Source: Octopus bimaculoides (taxonomy: Eukaryota). From it: DNA of 64,000 nucleotides. The first letter of the stretch is position 1; each line of letters opens with the position of its first letter. Under the pieces are notes generated by a model that saw only the letters and a program-made list of their open reading frames with translations, made no database searches and was not told the origin of the DNA. The stretch covers positions 27,119,668 to 27,183,667 of the forward strand of contig NC_068998.1 in assembly GCF_001194135.2 (NCBI RefSeq), in the 5' to 3' direction. The translations under genes were made by a program, and so were the position numbers. Positions 50,507-64,000 of the stretch are shown one piece after another.

Positions 50507-51020
50507 TAGTCTTATTCTTATCACATGCTTTCACTGCACTACCAAGCACAGCTCTGTGTGCCTTGAGTATGTGCTGTAGTTTGTTGTAGTGTTCTTATTT
50601 TCACTGTATTGAAAGTGTTTTACATAGGATGTGTGTGGTGCCTGGTAGTGCTATTTTCTGTATGTTATATATACTTGTAGTCCTAGTGTTTTTGTTATGT
50701 ATTTGTCTAAATGCTTTCTTATATCTAATGTGCCTACTATAAGAGGAATTGTTTCTGTCTTTAGGCTCCACATTCGAGTTACTTCTATTTCCAGATCTTT
50801 GTATTTTGAAAGTTTCTCTGTTTCTTTTAGAGAAATGTTGTCACCTGTTGGTATTGAAACATCAATTAGAAAGCATTTTGTTTCTTAGTGATCTCTGACA
50901 ACTATATCCAGCCTATTAGCTTTGATTTCTCTATCTATGTGTATTGGCATATCTCAGAGTATGGTTGCTTTCTCATTTTTTTTTTTGTGACCTTTTTCTT
51001 GAGTGTTCCTATACCATCTT
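50461..51020 (-). mobile_element. R4/Dong-like LINE 3' fragment, same family as element B
   Basis: Reverse complement encodes IKANRLDIVVRDH..KCFLIDVSIPTGDNISLKETEKLSKYKDLEIEVTRMWSLKTETIPLIVGTL and ends AGACTACTG(AAT)n, the same junction as at 42817. Confidence 0.9.
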
Positions 51021-51204
51021 ACCAGGCAGAATCATTAGCCCGTTGAGCAAAATGCTTAGCAGCATTTCATCTATATTTATGGTCTGAGTTCAAACGCTGC
51101 CATGGTTAACTTTACCTTTCATAGGTAGCAGTTGAGCACTGGAGTCAATGTAATTGACTTATCTCCTCCCTCGAAATTGCTGGCCTTGTGCCAAAATTTG
51201 AAAC

Positions 51205-51256
<52 letters not shown>

Positions 51257-52983
51257 GTAGTTGCCCACAACAATTTGCAAATACACCAAAAGTTAACTAC
51301 CATTTACTACTACATTGATTGTTTTCTTCCAGTTATAAATAAATACTCCCGAAGTCTCTGGGATTATTTATTTACAACTCCAAACCATATTGTCTTTAAG
51401 CCATAAAATGTCAGACAAAGACTTATTAATGTATTAGACACAGATTCCCATTTTAAAAAAATAATCTAAGGTTAAGAGAACACTAACTCTTCATATCTTG
51501 TGCAAAAACTACTACTGACTGAAAGATATTCTCAAAAGTTTCCTTTTTCTTAAGTCAAAGAATTTTAACTAATTTTTTTGCTTTTCATGGAAATAAAAGA
51601 AAAGCAGAGAAACTATAATTCAACAACTATTAATACAGAAAACATTAAATTGTTATCATCAAACAATATTCAAAAGTCACTTGAAGCCGACTAATCAACA
51701 AAATAGTTAACTTTTAATAATGAAGTGGAAAGCTTCTAAGAAAACAACACATAATTAATGTTAAATTAATTGAGTGTTTAGTAATTAGATAGAGCTGAGG
51801 TGAACTTCTCTGCATAGCTAGAAGAACAGTATCATTTTTATCACTGACTACATTTAACCACTTGACTCAATGTACTAACATCTTCATTATTAAAATATTC
51901 GGGGGTTTTTTAGTGATGATGAATATAAAGAGAAAAGAAATGCAGGCAGAAGCTGCATTCAAATTGACATAATGTTCAGTTGTGCCTCTACAATACAACT
52001 CTATAAATTATGTGCCAGATTGGCTAATTTAGGAAAAACAAAATCATATTTCAGGTTAAAATAATCACCTGATAGTGGTTGAGGGCTTGTTTGAACCACA
52101 ATTTTAAGGGCTATCAGCTGGAACCAAAGTTATTTGTTTTTTCTTTGTTTATGGGGGTCTGAGTTCAAACAACCAAATCAGGGCATATCGACCAAAATTA
52201 CCTTAACAGTGTATTGCAGTTAAAAATGATCATCTGCAAGATCTCACCAGCTTTCAATCAAGGATAACATCTATGACACCTCCAGAAGAATGTCCATCAT
52301 GTCACATCCAGCAACTGTTTTGAAACGTCCTACCCCGAGTTGTTCTGTGTGTATGAAGTTGGTCATAAAGCTCATTCTTCAAAACATAAGGTGTCTGCTT
52401 TGACAGAAGGACAATCAAGAATCGAATCACTATATTACTGACTGGTCCATGTCATGCATAGTTATTGCTTGGCATTGTTGTTTCAAGATTTGTTGTGAAT
52501 AATAAGTGATCAGTTTTCACAATTTAGTGCAAATGATTCTGATTTTTTTTGTGAATCATAGGGGGTAGCGGTTTTCATTGTATTTTTTCCTTTTTGCGGT
52601 GAGGGTGGGGGGGTAGACTATGGTAAAGTTTCAATCCAGGGATTTGTTGGGAATATTTTCTTTTTGCTATTTCATGTTTTGGTTCTTCTTCAATTTCGGC
52701 GTAAGCAAGGCAAAATCCTCCAAGCCGGAATCTGATCTTCCTAATCAGATTTTTACCCCATAAAATAGGCTAAATACCAAAAAAATGTATTTAAGATCAA
52801 TTATTTCAAGAAATTTATTAGGTTTTGAGTCCATTTTATGTTTCCTGTTTTTATACTTGTTTAATCACATTAGGGGTCAATAACTACTGATTTTACCCAA
52901 TCTTGGTCGGTTTTGATGTTTGGTACCCAAAATGGAATTATATTTTCTGTGTAGCCTTTTAACCCCTTTGAACTGATTTTTTT

Positions 52984-53232
52984 NNNNNNNNNNNNNNNNN
53001 NNNNNNNNNNNNNNNNNNNNNNNNNNNNNNNNNNNNNNNNNNNNNNNNNNNNNNNNNNNNNNNNNNNNNNNNNNNNNNNNNNNNNNNNNNNNNNNNNNNN
53101 NNNNNNNNNNNNNNNNNNNNNNNNNNNNNNNNNNNNNNNNNNNNNNNNNNNNNNNNNNNNNNNNNNNNNNNNNNNNNNNNNNNNNNNNNNNNNNNNNNNN
53201 NNNNNNNNNNNNNNNNNNNNNNNNNNNNNNNN
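52984..53232. other. Assembly gap (others: 1408-1571, 33846-33963, 47193-47260, 48375-48384, 61191-61511)
   Basis: Runs of N. Confidence 1.
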
Positions 53233-53384
53233 AGCTATAAAAATATTTTAAACTTAGATTTTTTGCCTTATAATCTTTTAAGTTTAGAGAAGCAGAAAAT
53301 AAGCATTTTAAACATCTGGGGGAAACTTCCAAAAATTATAAATTCCCACTCTGGGCACAATGTGCTATGTTCCATCAAAGATCC

Positions 53385-53780
53385 AGGTGCAGGTGTGGCT
53401 GTGGTAAGAAACTTGTTTCCCAACCACATGATACCTTGGGCAAGTGTCTTCTACTATAGCCTCAGGCCGACCAAAGCCTTGTTAGTGGATTTGGTAGGTG
53501 GAAACTGAAAGAACCCTGTCGCATGCACACATGCGCACGTGTGTATGTGTGTGTGTGTGTGCGCACGCGCACATCTTTGTGTCTGTTTGTCTCCCACCAC
53601 CACTTGACAACCAGTGTTGATGTGTTTACATCCCCATAACTTAGCAGTTCAACATAATTGATCAATAGAATAAGTACCAGACTGTAAAAAAAAAAGTACT
53701 GGGGTTGATTCATTCAAATAAAATTCTTCCAGGTGGTGCCCCAGCATCACTGCAGTCTAATGACTGAAATCAATAAAAGA
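53385..53780 (+). mobile_element. OR/CORE-type SINE, near full length
   Basis: aggtgcaggtgtggctgtggtaagaaac...ccttgggcaagtgtcttctactatagcctcaggccgaccaaagccttg...ccccagcatcactgcagtc. Confidence 0.85.
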
Positions 53781-56700
53781 AAGAGAAAAAGTTAAACTTC
53801 CTTCCCAATATTAAATGATCAAATAGCATTAGCAACACACAACTTTACAAAACCCTAATCCTAACTTTACAACTGCAGATAACTAAGCATTGATATTGTG
53901 CAGGCTTACTGATGCCTGTGTGAACACATTTTCAGAAATAATGGATTGCAGAACACCCCTTAATACCCACATCAAGGCAACAGGGCTTGAGAAATTTCAG
54001 AATGTTTCCCAGATAGACTATGTGTGCCAGGTATAGACTCTTCAGTACAGTTTATATATGATCAAATATACATGACCATATACCAGGATCAATAGACTTA
54101 TATCTATACAGACCCAAGGGCTAATATTTGAGGAGCACTGGTGGAATTCACTTTATTAATTAAATTAAACATTTTTTTTTTATTAAATGTCTTGTCTTTT
54201 ATAGTATCCAATGTGCCAGGGGAAAAGCCCAAGTTAAAGATCCAGGAGTGGTAACTTTGGAAAATATCAACTGGGTAGAAATTCTTAAAACAATGAATGT
54301 GTTGCAATTACATTGAAACTAATGAAATCTAGAGCTCTAAAATTACATTTGAAATATAAGTTTGCTAAACAATTTGGTCAAACAGAAACTACACCTTAAA
54401 TGCACCTTCTAAACTCCAAAGATCCTGATTCAGAGGTTTTCTGAAGCAAATCTATCTTCATGCTGACATATGCTGACATCAGACCAACAGTAGGCAGTTA
54501 GGTAGTGACTGTGGAAAGCAATGAAATTACTTGTGTAAAATAAGATATATTGGTTACTATTGAGATATCCGTCATCATTACCATTTAATGTTCATTTTTC
54601 ACACTGGTATGGGTTGGACAGATTGCCAGGGGCCAGTGAGCCAAAGAACTGCACCAAGCTCCAATACTTACTTTGGCATGATTTCTATGGCTGGGTGCTC
54701 TTCCTAGTGCCAACCATTTTACATGACACCAGCATTAGTGAGGTCACCAAGTAACTCACAAGACATGACCCCCACTCCCCTCAACTGAGGTGGGATTTTG
54801 TATCGAAGGATGAGGTTTTATGCCAGGTGATGAAAGGTTAAAATATAAAAATGGTATAGGAACAGGTATCTTATTGCAGAAAAGATACATGGCTACCCCA
54901 GTTGGAAAAGAGAGAAGACAGTGAAGATGTTTCAGGGCATAACCTCAAATTAGAGGAAGGTGAATATAAGAGAAGTGGTACAGAGAACTGGACAGGGTGA
55001 GTGGGTTTGTGAGAGTGCGAAAGCAGAGTGGCAGATGAATAGAGATGAGGACAGAAGTGATTACAGGGAATGGTGAACACATTGAAAATATGGTAGACAA
55101 GTTTTTTTTTCCTGGCTTTAGTTGGAAGTTGAACTGTATCATTTATTGTTGAATAGTCTGAAGTATGCAGACTTTTATCATAATTTTACAGTATAAAAAC
55201 TTCTTATAACAGTTTTTTCAACAACTCTAATAAAGACAAGCTTATACATTCCATAAGGTTTAACACAAATTTTCTCGATCAGTATCATTCTTCTTGGAAT
55301 GGAAACACTAGTTATGTATGCACAAAAATTTTCTCAACATTCTTTCTCATATCAACAGACTTTCCACTTTCATAAATTTCAGACCTCACAAAGTAGTTGA
55401 ATTCATCATTGATTGACAGAATTGCAAGGACATGCTAAACTTAGCTAATGGACATCTATACCTAACCAAAATATAATGGTTTCAAATTTTGGCACAAGGC
55501 CAGCAATTTCAAGGGAAAAGGCAAATTGATTACATTAACCCCAGTGCTCAGCTGGTACTTATCTTATTGATCCCAAAAGGATGAAAACCAAAGTTAACCT
55601 TGGTGAAATCAGAACTCAGAACACAAAGACGGATGAAACACCACTAAGCATTTTGATAAGCATGCTAACAATTCTACCAGCTTGTCACCTTCAAGCCAAA
55701 CCATGATATAATACATACAAGACTCCAGCTTGCCATTCACAAACAACAACCAACTGAATTTGTGGATCAATTTCTTCAAGCCTTGAAACTACTAGTTAAA
55801 GAATAGAACTTTAAAACAATGTCATTGGGAGTATATACAAAAAAAAAAAAATCAATAGTGGACAGTTTTATTTCTGGAAAACCATCAACAGAAATGTGGC
55901 TCAAAGAACTTGAGAATAGATTTTAGAATAGCAGTTTCATAAACCAGAGCTTTAACTTAACACTAAAATATTCCAGCATCAATAATCAGGATGTGTTTTT
56001 AAACATTAATACTATTACAAGATGACACCAAACAGGAATGTGTAAATAACATATTAAACATTCAGAAGGCCAGTATAAACCAGGTAGACCTTTTTCCAAC
56101 ATAATATCTTGAATTGTAGGTTGTTCTTCTGCTTTATAGGAGTATCTTTTGAGTCAATACACTTTTTAATGTTACAATTAACACAAATTAACATACGCTT
56201 TGATTAACAGTGAAAGAACTGACAGTTTATCTAAGGTGATATTACTAAAGCAGAATGATTTAGTCATTAAACTAATCTCAAGAGGCAAGAACATTGTGAT
56301 GGCATCAGTTAGTTCTAGAATCAAAGAGATATAAAGTTGTAATTAGAATAGATAAGTGGAAAAATTGTACAAAGGGCATTCACTATTAGTTATATACAGT
56401 TTCTGCTCAGATCTGCTTCAGGTAGGGAGTTTCATATCCCAACATTCCTTAATAGCATTAAAATTTAATACTTCAAAAGCTTCTCTAATGTTGTTAGATT
56501 TTGCTTCACTAATTTAACTCCAAATGAAAAACCTATTGTTATACCCACTTGAAGCTATTATGTGGAAGACTTCAAATTCATAAGGCAAAAAAAGTATCTA
56601 GTCAAAGAAGGCAGCAGTGAACCATTAGATCACAGTAAAGAGATCAAGTTATAGTAAAAAAAAAAAAAATCACAAATGATGCCTTATCATTGATTTCTCT

Positions 56701-57224
56701 ACCACTATCAATATTCATATATTTTTAACTGACATTCCATCAGTCACAATGATGAGGTTTCCAATTGATCTGATCAATGAAACAGCCTGCTAGTGAAATT
56801 ATCATACAAGTGGATGAGCACTCCAGAGATACATGTATTCTTAACATGTGAAGATTCAACATGACACAATGTGAACAGGCTAGTCACTTGAATTACATGT
56901 ACAATTCATTTTTGCCAGCTGAGTGGACAGGAGCAGCATAAAATAAAATGTCTTGTTCAAAGACACAAAGTACCACTAGAAATTGAATTCAAGATTATAC
57001 AATCATGAACCAAATGCCCTAACCAGTAAGCCATGCACCTTCACATCAAATACTTCTCCATGTTTTTCTAGTACCTATCATTGATGAAACAACACATACT
57101 ATATTGCAATATTCATATTTTAGCAAGACTGACATGAAATATGCATATTATCAACTGCCACTGACAATTAAAGACTGTCCTTACATTGCTTTTGAAGCCT
57201 TGGGATAACAGTATCACGAAACAA

Positions 57225-58357
57225 GGTTCCCTTTGTGGAGCAGAAGACACTTGCTCAAGGTGCCACACATCAGACTAAACCTAAAACCATGTGGCTGCAA
57301 AGTGAACTTCTTAGCCATATACATGCAGCTCTGTATTTGTCCAATAAAAATGCATTCCAGACAAAACAAGCATGACATTCTTTGGATATTGCAATCACAG
57401 CCACAAAAAAAAAAGCTGCTGATCCTAAAAAGCTGCTTCTATTTAAAGACCTTAAAATTCCTACTTCTAAAAAGAAACTAAAAAATATCATCTAGTCTAT
57501 TAGAGGAAATCTTTTACTTGTTTCAGTTGTGAAACTGTCTCCATGCTGGGACACTGCTTTGAAGAATTTTTAGAAGGATGAATCAACCCCAGTACTTATT
57601 TTCTTTTAAAGCTTGGTTACTTATTCTATCAGACTCTTTTGCTAAACCACTAAAATCAGTAGTCAACACCAACATCAATAGTCAACAAACACAGACACAC
57701 ATACACATATATATGACAGGCTTCTTTCAGTTTCTGTCTACCATATCCACTCACAATGCTTTGGCCAACCCAAAATAATAAAAGACACCTGCCCAAGGTG
57801 CCATGCAGTGGGACCAAACCTGAAAACATGTGGTTGGAAGGCAAGCTTCTTACCACACACCGACTGGGGTCCTTAATGAAATATATCATTTTCCAAATTC
57901 CTCAAAAAGTTGTTATTGCCTTTATTGACATGGGTGTGGCTGTGTAATTAAGAAGCTTGTTTCCTCCCAACCATGTGGTCTTGGGTTCAGTCCCAATGTG
58001 CTGCACATCTTGGGCAAGTGTCTCCTACAAAAACCCGAAGCCAAACAAAACTTTGTGAGTGGATTTGATAGATGAAAACTGAAAGAAGTTTGCCATGTGT
58101 GTGTTTGTGTGTCTTTGTTGTTTGTTTGTACCCCACCACTGTTTGACAACTGGTGTTGGTTTATTCTTTTATTTGTTTCAGTCATTTGACTGTGGCCATG
58201 CTGGAGCACCACCTTTAGTCAAGCAAATCGACCCAAGGACTTATTCTCTGTAAGCCTAGTACTTATTCAATCGGTCCCTCTTGCTGAACCGCTAGAAGAT
58301 GGGGACGTAAACACACCAGCATCAGTTGTCAAGTGATATGGGGGAGCAGACACACAA

Positions 58358-58423
<66 letters not shown>

Positions 58424-58590
58424 GACGGGCTTCTTTCAGTTTCCGTCTACCAAATCCACTCACAAGGCTTTGGTCGGCCCGAGGCTATAGTAGGAGACAC
58501 TTGCCCAAGGTGCTACACAGTGGGACTGAACCCAGAACCATGTGGTTGGTAAGCAACTACTTACCACACAGCCACTCCTGCACCTATGGT
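57225..58590. mobile_element. Cluster of four OR/CORE-type SINEs in mixed orientation (-,-,+,-)
   Basis: Copies at about 57225-57330(-), 57530-57860(-), 57930-58150(+) and 58165-58585(-). Confidence 0.8.
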
Positions 58591-59814
58591 TTGTTTATAT
58601 CCTCATAACTTAGCAGTTATAGCCACAGTGCCAGACACTGTGTTAACTGCAACACTACTACAAGGAGAACAGAGCAACATACGTATATAGACCTGTTATT
58701 GTTATTTTTTAGAACAGTTACTAAATTCCCTGTTGCTGACAATGAAACAGATGAATGGTGACTTTGATAAAAGTGATGGAAAAGATGATAAGTTTTGACA
58801 TCTAGTCCATTATTCCCCTTCAGAACTGTAGAAGCCAACCATAGCAGATATTAATCTAAGAACAGCAGTCAGGAAGATCATCTCTTATTCCCCACTGAAC
58901 AAAACAGAGTAAGAATCCTAAATTTGGTATTTTTCATTGTATTATTAGCATCTAGCTTGAAGGAAAACCAACAAAAATTAGCCATCAGAAAAGCAGTAAG
59001 AAACTTGCCTTGTTGCCTCACACACACAGATTAGCATAAATGGCTCTCTGTTTCACTATTTCATCAAGTGTTATAAATTTACTATCATTCCTTGCTAAAT
59101 ATTTCCTGTGATTACAAGTAACCATCTCAAATAATATCAAAATAACCACAAAATAATATTTTCTCAAATCAACATAGAATGTTTACTTGACACAAAAGTT
59201 AGATATAAAAATGCAATGCAATTGGTAAAGAGGGATGTGCAACAGCAGGGTACATCAACTCTTGTATGGATTGCTTGTCATTATTTCAAGCATACTCCCT
59301 TTCCCATTTGCAACAAGATTCTTACAAGCAGCAGCTGTGTCAACTCCATAGTGAGAGGGATGGGTTGAAGGTTAAGTTCATGAATTGAAGGCTGACAGCA
59401 GGAGCAATAGCAGCCACAGCAACCAGAGTTATAAGCTAATGCTTGCTGTAATCGCTACATTGTGTACCACTGTGCTTACTATTCAGATCATTACACTCCT
59501 TTGCCTCTTGTCCATTATTGCAAAGGGATAGAGTATATTCAATTATCAACACCAAAGGGATAAAAGGCAAAATTGCTTCCATCAGGATTTAAACAGGCAA
59601 CATTAATGTACTGAAATAGAGACCAATAAAACAACCAATCCAGATTTCTACTGTTTCAATTGCTTTCAAGCTATTAATAATGATTTGCTATGCTATAACT
59701 CAATACCTTAGAGAGGAGAAAGTTGATTAATCCAAAACCAGAATATTACTGGTATTTATCTCATTGAGAATTTCAAATTTCAAATTTTATAAGTATTTTC
59801 TGAAGGTGTTAATA

Positions 59815-60215
59815 CTGATTTCAAATTTTGGCACAAGGCCAGCAATTTCGGGGGTAGGACCTCAGTACTTGACTGGTACTTACTTTATCAACTCCAAAAG
59901 AATGAAAGGCAAAGTTGACCTCAGCAAAATGTCACTAAGCTATTTACCCAGCATGCAGCATTTTTGTAATAAGGATTACTAAGGTGTTAATATTACACAA
60001 GAAGGCAGTAAGCTGGCAGAATTGTTACGGCATTGGAAAAGATGCATAGCAGCATTTCTTCTAACTCTACATTCTGAGTTCAAATGCCAACAGTCAACTT
60101 TGCCTTTCATCCTTTTGGAGTCAATAAAATAAGTACCAGTTGAGTACTGGGGTCAGTATAATCGACTTACCTCCTCACCCAAAATTGCTGGTCTTGTGCC
60201 AAAATTTGAAACTAA
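59815..60215. mobile_element. Head-to-head inverted pair of OK-like SINEs
   Basis: About 59815-59960(-) and 60001-60215(+), both ending in (c/t)ttgtgccaaaatttgaaa. Confidence 0.75.
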
Positions 60216-61029
60216 TAATATACAAGAAAATAAAAATAAAGATTATCCACATATTTCTTTCCTCAATTGAAGCTTGCAGGAATATCTGATTCCATCTGAA
60301 AATCAATAATATCTCTTTACTGAGCTCATAAATCAAAGTAGCTGAGTAGATAACATGTCAGCTTGATAGCTCATGAATTGTAAGTATTATGATAAACATC
60401 ATACTCATGCACTGTATATATCTAATTGTGTCACTGAGCAACAAAACTATTCTAAATATCTACACTTGGACCCAGTGACCTGGAGACCAAGCACTAAGAG
60501 TTTTCTAAGGTAAGTTAACTGCATTATTGTTCAGATTATCTATCATCTATCCAACTGGTTTCATGAACTAGAATGATTTGTAACAGGACCTACTTGAGCT
60601 CACCATCATTTTTTTAGAAATAAAACTTTTGTTGTTTTTACCTTTTAATAGTAGTACCATACTTCCAATTATAGAGATAAAGAGACATATGTGAATTAAA
60701 TCAAAACTAAGGTAATCTATATATATAAAACCGAGAATGTGTGTCTGTCTGTATCTATGTGTGTGAGTGTGTGTGTGTGTCTATATGTGTGTGCATCACT
60801 AAAACTCAAGAACTACCCAACCAATTTCATTCAAGTTTTACACATGCATTACTTAGGATCCATGGAGTGTTATGGGCCAAAAACATTTTCAACTTCTTGC
60901 CTAATGCAAGTCCCAAAAGATCTCTTAGACTATTTCGGTATAATGGTATAACATGTAAAAAATGAAACAATAACATCTCTATTGTAATGTGATAGAAGAG
61001 TTTCACTTTTATATGGTTTCACTTTTAAT

Positions 61030-61089
61030 AGCTTCACTATGTATATATATATATGTTTGTATATATATATATGTTTGTATATATGTGCA

Positions 61090-61128
<39 letters not shown>

Positions 61129-61135
61129 CTTTGTA

Positions 61136-61190
<55 letters not shown>

Positions 61191-61540
61191 NNNNNNNNNN
61201 NNNNNNNNNNNNNNNNNNNNNNNNNNNNNNNNNNNNNNNNNNNNNNNNNNNNNNNNNNNNNNNNNNNNNNNNNNNNNNNNNNNNNNNNNNNNNNNNNNNN
61301 NNNNNNNNNNNNNNNNNNNNNNNNNNNNNNNNNNNNNNNNNNNNNNNNNNNNNNNNNNNNNNNNNNNNNNNNNNNNNNNNNNNNNNNNNNNNNNNNNNNN
61401 NNNNNNNNNNNNNNNNNNNNNNNNNNNNNNNNNNNNNNNNNNNNNNNNNNNNNNNNNNNNNNNNNNNNNNNNNNNNNNNNNNNNNNNNNNNNNNNNNNNN
61501 NNNNNNNNNNNATATATATATATATATATATATATACATA
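61030..61540. repeat. (TA)n/(TG)n microsatellite around gap 61191-61511
   Basis: Directly visible. Confidence 0.95.
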
Positions 61541-62354
61541 TTTCTATTTGTAAGTTCACTGCATTTCATCTTTCTAAGGTTGGTAAAATAAGTACCATCA
61601 TCATCATCATCGTTTAATGTTTACTTTCCATACTGGCATGGGTTGGCCAGTTTCACATGGAGCTGTCCAGACTCCAGCTACCTTTTAAGGCATAATTTTT
61701 ATGGCTGGCTGCCCTTCTTAAAGCCAACCACTTAAGAGCATGCTGGGTGCTTTTTACATGCCACCAGTCAATAAAAGTAAGTACTGGTGGAGGGAGAGTG
61801 TCCCAGAATGGCCATAGACTAGTGACTGAAACCAGTAAAAGTATAAAAGGATACTCCCAGCTAATAAAAGGATTAACCTCTACAGCAGGATTTCTCAAAC
61901 TAGGATCAATTTACCCCTTTGAGTTCACCTATCCAGAAAGTAAATTTGATGATTCAAGATTTGGACAACTTCTTTTCAAAAATAATTTTTAAAGTCTGAA
62001 GTTGAGAAAAAATTTCAAATAGGCTTATTTTGCAAAAAAATACTGATTGTTTTCTTTCTACTACTGTGGATTTCACAATCTACATTGTAAACTTATTAAT
62101 TATTGTGTTGTTAATGAAATAGTCCAATTTGGAAGACTTTAATTCTAATATTTGTTTATCATTAATTCATAAGTGGAATAACACAGGTATCTACTGCTTT
62201 TATTGTTATTTTTATTTCAGTAATAATAATGTTTAGAATGAGTATTTCAATTTTATCTTTATCAGTTATTTTATTATCATAGAAATTCTAATTACAAACT
62301 AAAATTGCAAAAAAAAAAACTTTAAATTCAAATTAAGAAACAAAACTTTGAACT

Positions 62355-62740
62355 GGTGCAGGTGTGGCTGTGAGGTAAGAAGTTTGCTTCCCAACCACAT
62401 TGTTCCAGGTTCACTCCCATTGCATGCCAACTTGGGGAAATGTCTTCTACTATAGCCTCAGGCTGACCAAAGCCTTGTGAGTGGATTTGATAGGTGAAAA
62501 CTGGAAGAAGCCTGTCATATATATGTGTGTGTGTGTGTGTCTGTGTTTGTCCCCCACCACTGCTTGACAACCAGTGTTGGTGTGGTTACATCCCCATAGC
62601 TTAGTAGTTCAGCAAAAGAAACCAATAGAATAAGTACCAGGCTTAAAAAGGAAATAAATATTGGGGTCAATTAGTTCAAATAAAATTCCACAAGGCGATG
62701 CCCCAGCATGGCCACAGTCTAATGACTGAAACAAGTAAGA
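62355..62740 (+). mobile_element. OR/CORE-type SINE, near full length
   Basis: ggtgcaggtgtggctgtgaggtaagaagtttgcttcccaacc...ggcgatgccccagcatggccacagtctaatgactgaaacaag. Confidence 0.85.
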
Positions 62741-64000
62741 GATAAATGGTAAAAGACCAAAACTCAAATTGCAAAAAAAAACAAAGTAGGGTGTAAATTT
62801 ATTTTTAAAATGATATACCAGGGGAATGAAAAAGGTTGGGAACCCCTACTTACAGCATTTACAAGGGTTTTGTTATTGTCTTTTCTCATTTACAAGAGTA
62901 CAAATTTGTTAGGGCAGGGATAGTGAAATGAAGTGACTCTAGTACATGACTATACCTTGTTTTATTCAATCTTACAGATGAAAGAACAGAATGAATCCAG
63001 TGAGATTTGAAATCCCCGATGTAGCACAGAAAAAAACACTATAATATTTCATCAGATATTTTGCCACATCTGCCAGGAAAGTGATTACAATATGTCTATA
63101 TAAGTAAAACACAATAGATAAGATCTGCTGATGTGTCAAAAGAAGGCATATCTAATCTACCTTCAACAGGTGAGAGACAAGAAGAGAGTAGGAAGACAGA
63201 GATGCTTGTTAAAGCTTTTAAATGTACAAACTAGAGAAAAAGAATTGATGATTACCTTCATAGAAAAATGTTGATCAAATACTTTGGAAAATATACCCAG
63301 AGTCTCCAGCTGAGATTCTTCCTTAATGGACTGAATCCTAAAATAAGATTGAAACAAAGAGATAATTAGCTTTTCAAAACAATCATATTACAATATTAAC
63401 TGAAATGAAATTATGTAAATATATATTTCATGTCTTTTTTGTTTTTTTTATCATCAAGTTCAATAAATTCATATGGATTATTTGTTATTGTCATTTGTTG
63501 CATGAAGAAACTCCACCCATTTAACATTTAAGTAATTTAATCTTTGGAGTTCAACTTCTTGTCTCCCACGAAAAAGATATTGTCTTTAGTACTAATGACT
63601 TTTCTTCTTGTTATGGGTTTAATATAAACAGTCTAAAAATTATTTTTGGCTCTCTTACACTAAATATGTTAGCCTGTACTTAATTACTGAAAAGTGTTCC
63701 TTTAAAAAAATAATTTTCCTCTGTTAGAAAAAGCAAGGTGACCATAGATTTAAATCAACACTTGTTTACAACACGTTCCTCTTTAAGGTATTATGAATGA
63801 AATACTGTCATTTCTGTACAAAATTCTGAATTTTTATTACAAAAATAATATTGATAAAATAGATAACTGATCATTTTCAATTTTTAGATAAATATACATG
63901 ATCTGACTGCTAGTTTTCAATGTAAACAAAAGCACAGCAGTCAAAATTGTACCTAGAAATTCATTGGAATAAAAAAGCTGGTTGTATACTGTAAAGAGTA

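Noticed and set aside
61883-62850. Possible hAT element enclosing a SINE
   Set aside because: The termini (CAGGATTTCTCAAACT / AGGTTGGGAACCCCT) are only loosely complementary and there is no clean 8-bp TSD.

Overview
AT-rich, repeat-dense animal genomic DNA. The OK- and OR/CORE-type tRNA-derived SINEs, microsatellite-flanked N gaps and intron style point to an Octopus-like cephalopod; this is inferred from recalled repeat families, not from a database search. Two protein-coding genes lie on the minus strand. (1) PCGF3 (Polycomb RING finger, non-canonical PRC1; fly l(3)73Ah-like) has seven GT-AG coding exons from 47058 down to 22041, which splice in frame to 684 nt (227 aa plus stop). A candidate in-frame 15-nt alternative microexon lies at 30241-30255. 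(2) FRG1 is an intact, intronless 258-aa ORF (7989-8765) with AATAAA on the stop codon and a genomic A-tract 24 nt downstream, i.e. retrogene-like. The rest is transposon debris: non-LTR relics of four clades (HERO-like, R4/Dong-like x3, CRE-like, RTE x2), two mariner fragments, MITEs with TIRs/TSDs (Merlin-like, hAT, piggyBac-like, one unclassified), dozens of SINEs, microsatellites, and a perfect 61-bp-arm palindrome at 3343-3467. No wholly new biological system is evident. The best leads are the FRG1 retrogene, the PCGF3 microexon, the palindrome and the R4-in-SINE-tail pattern.
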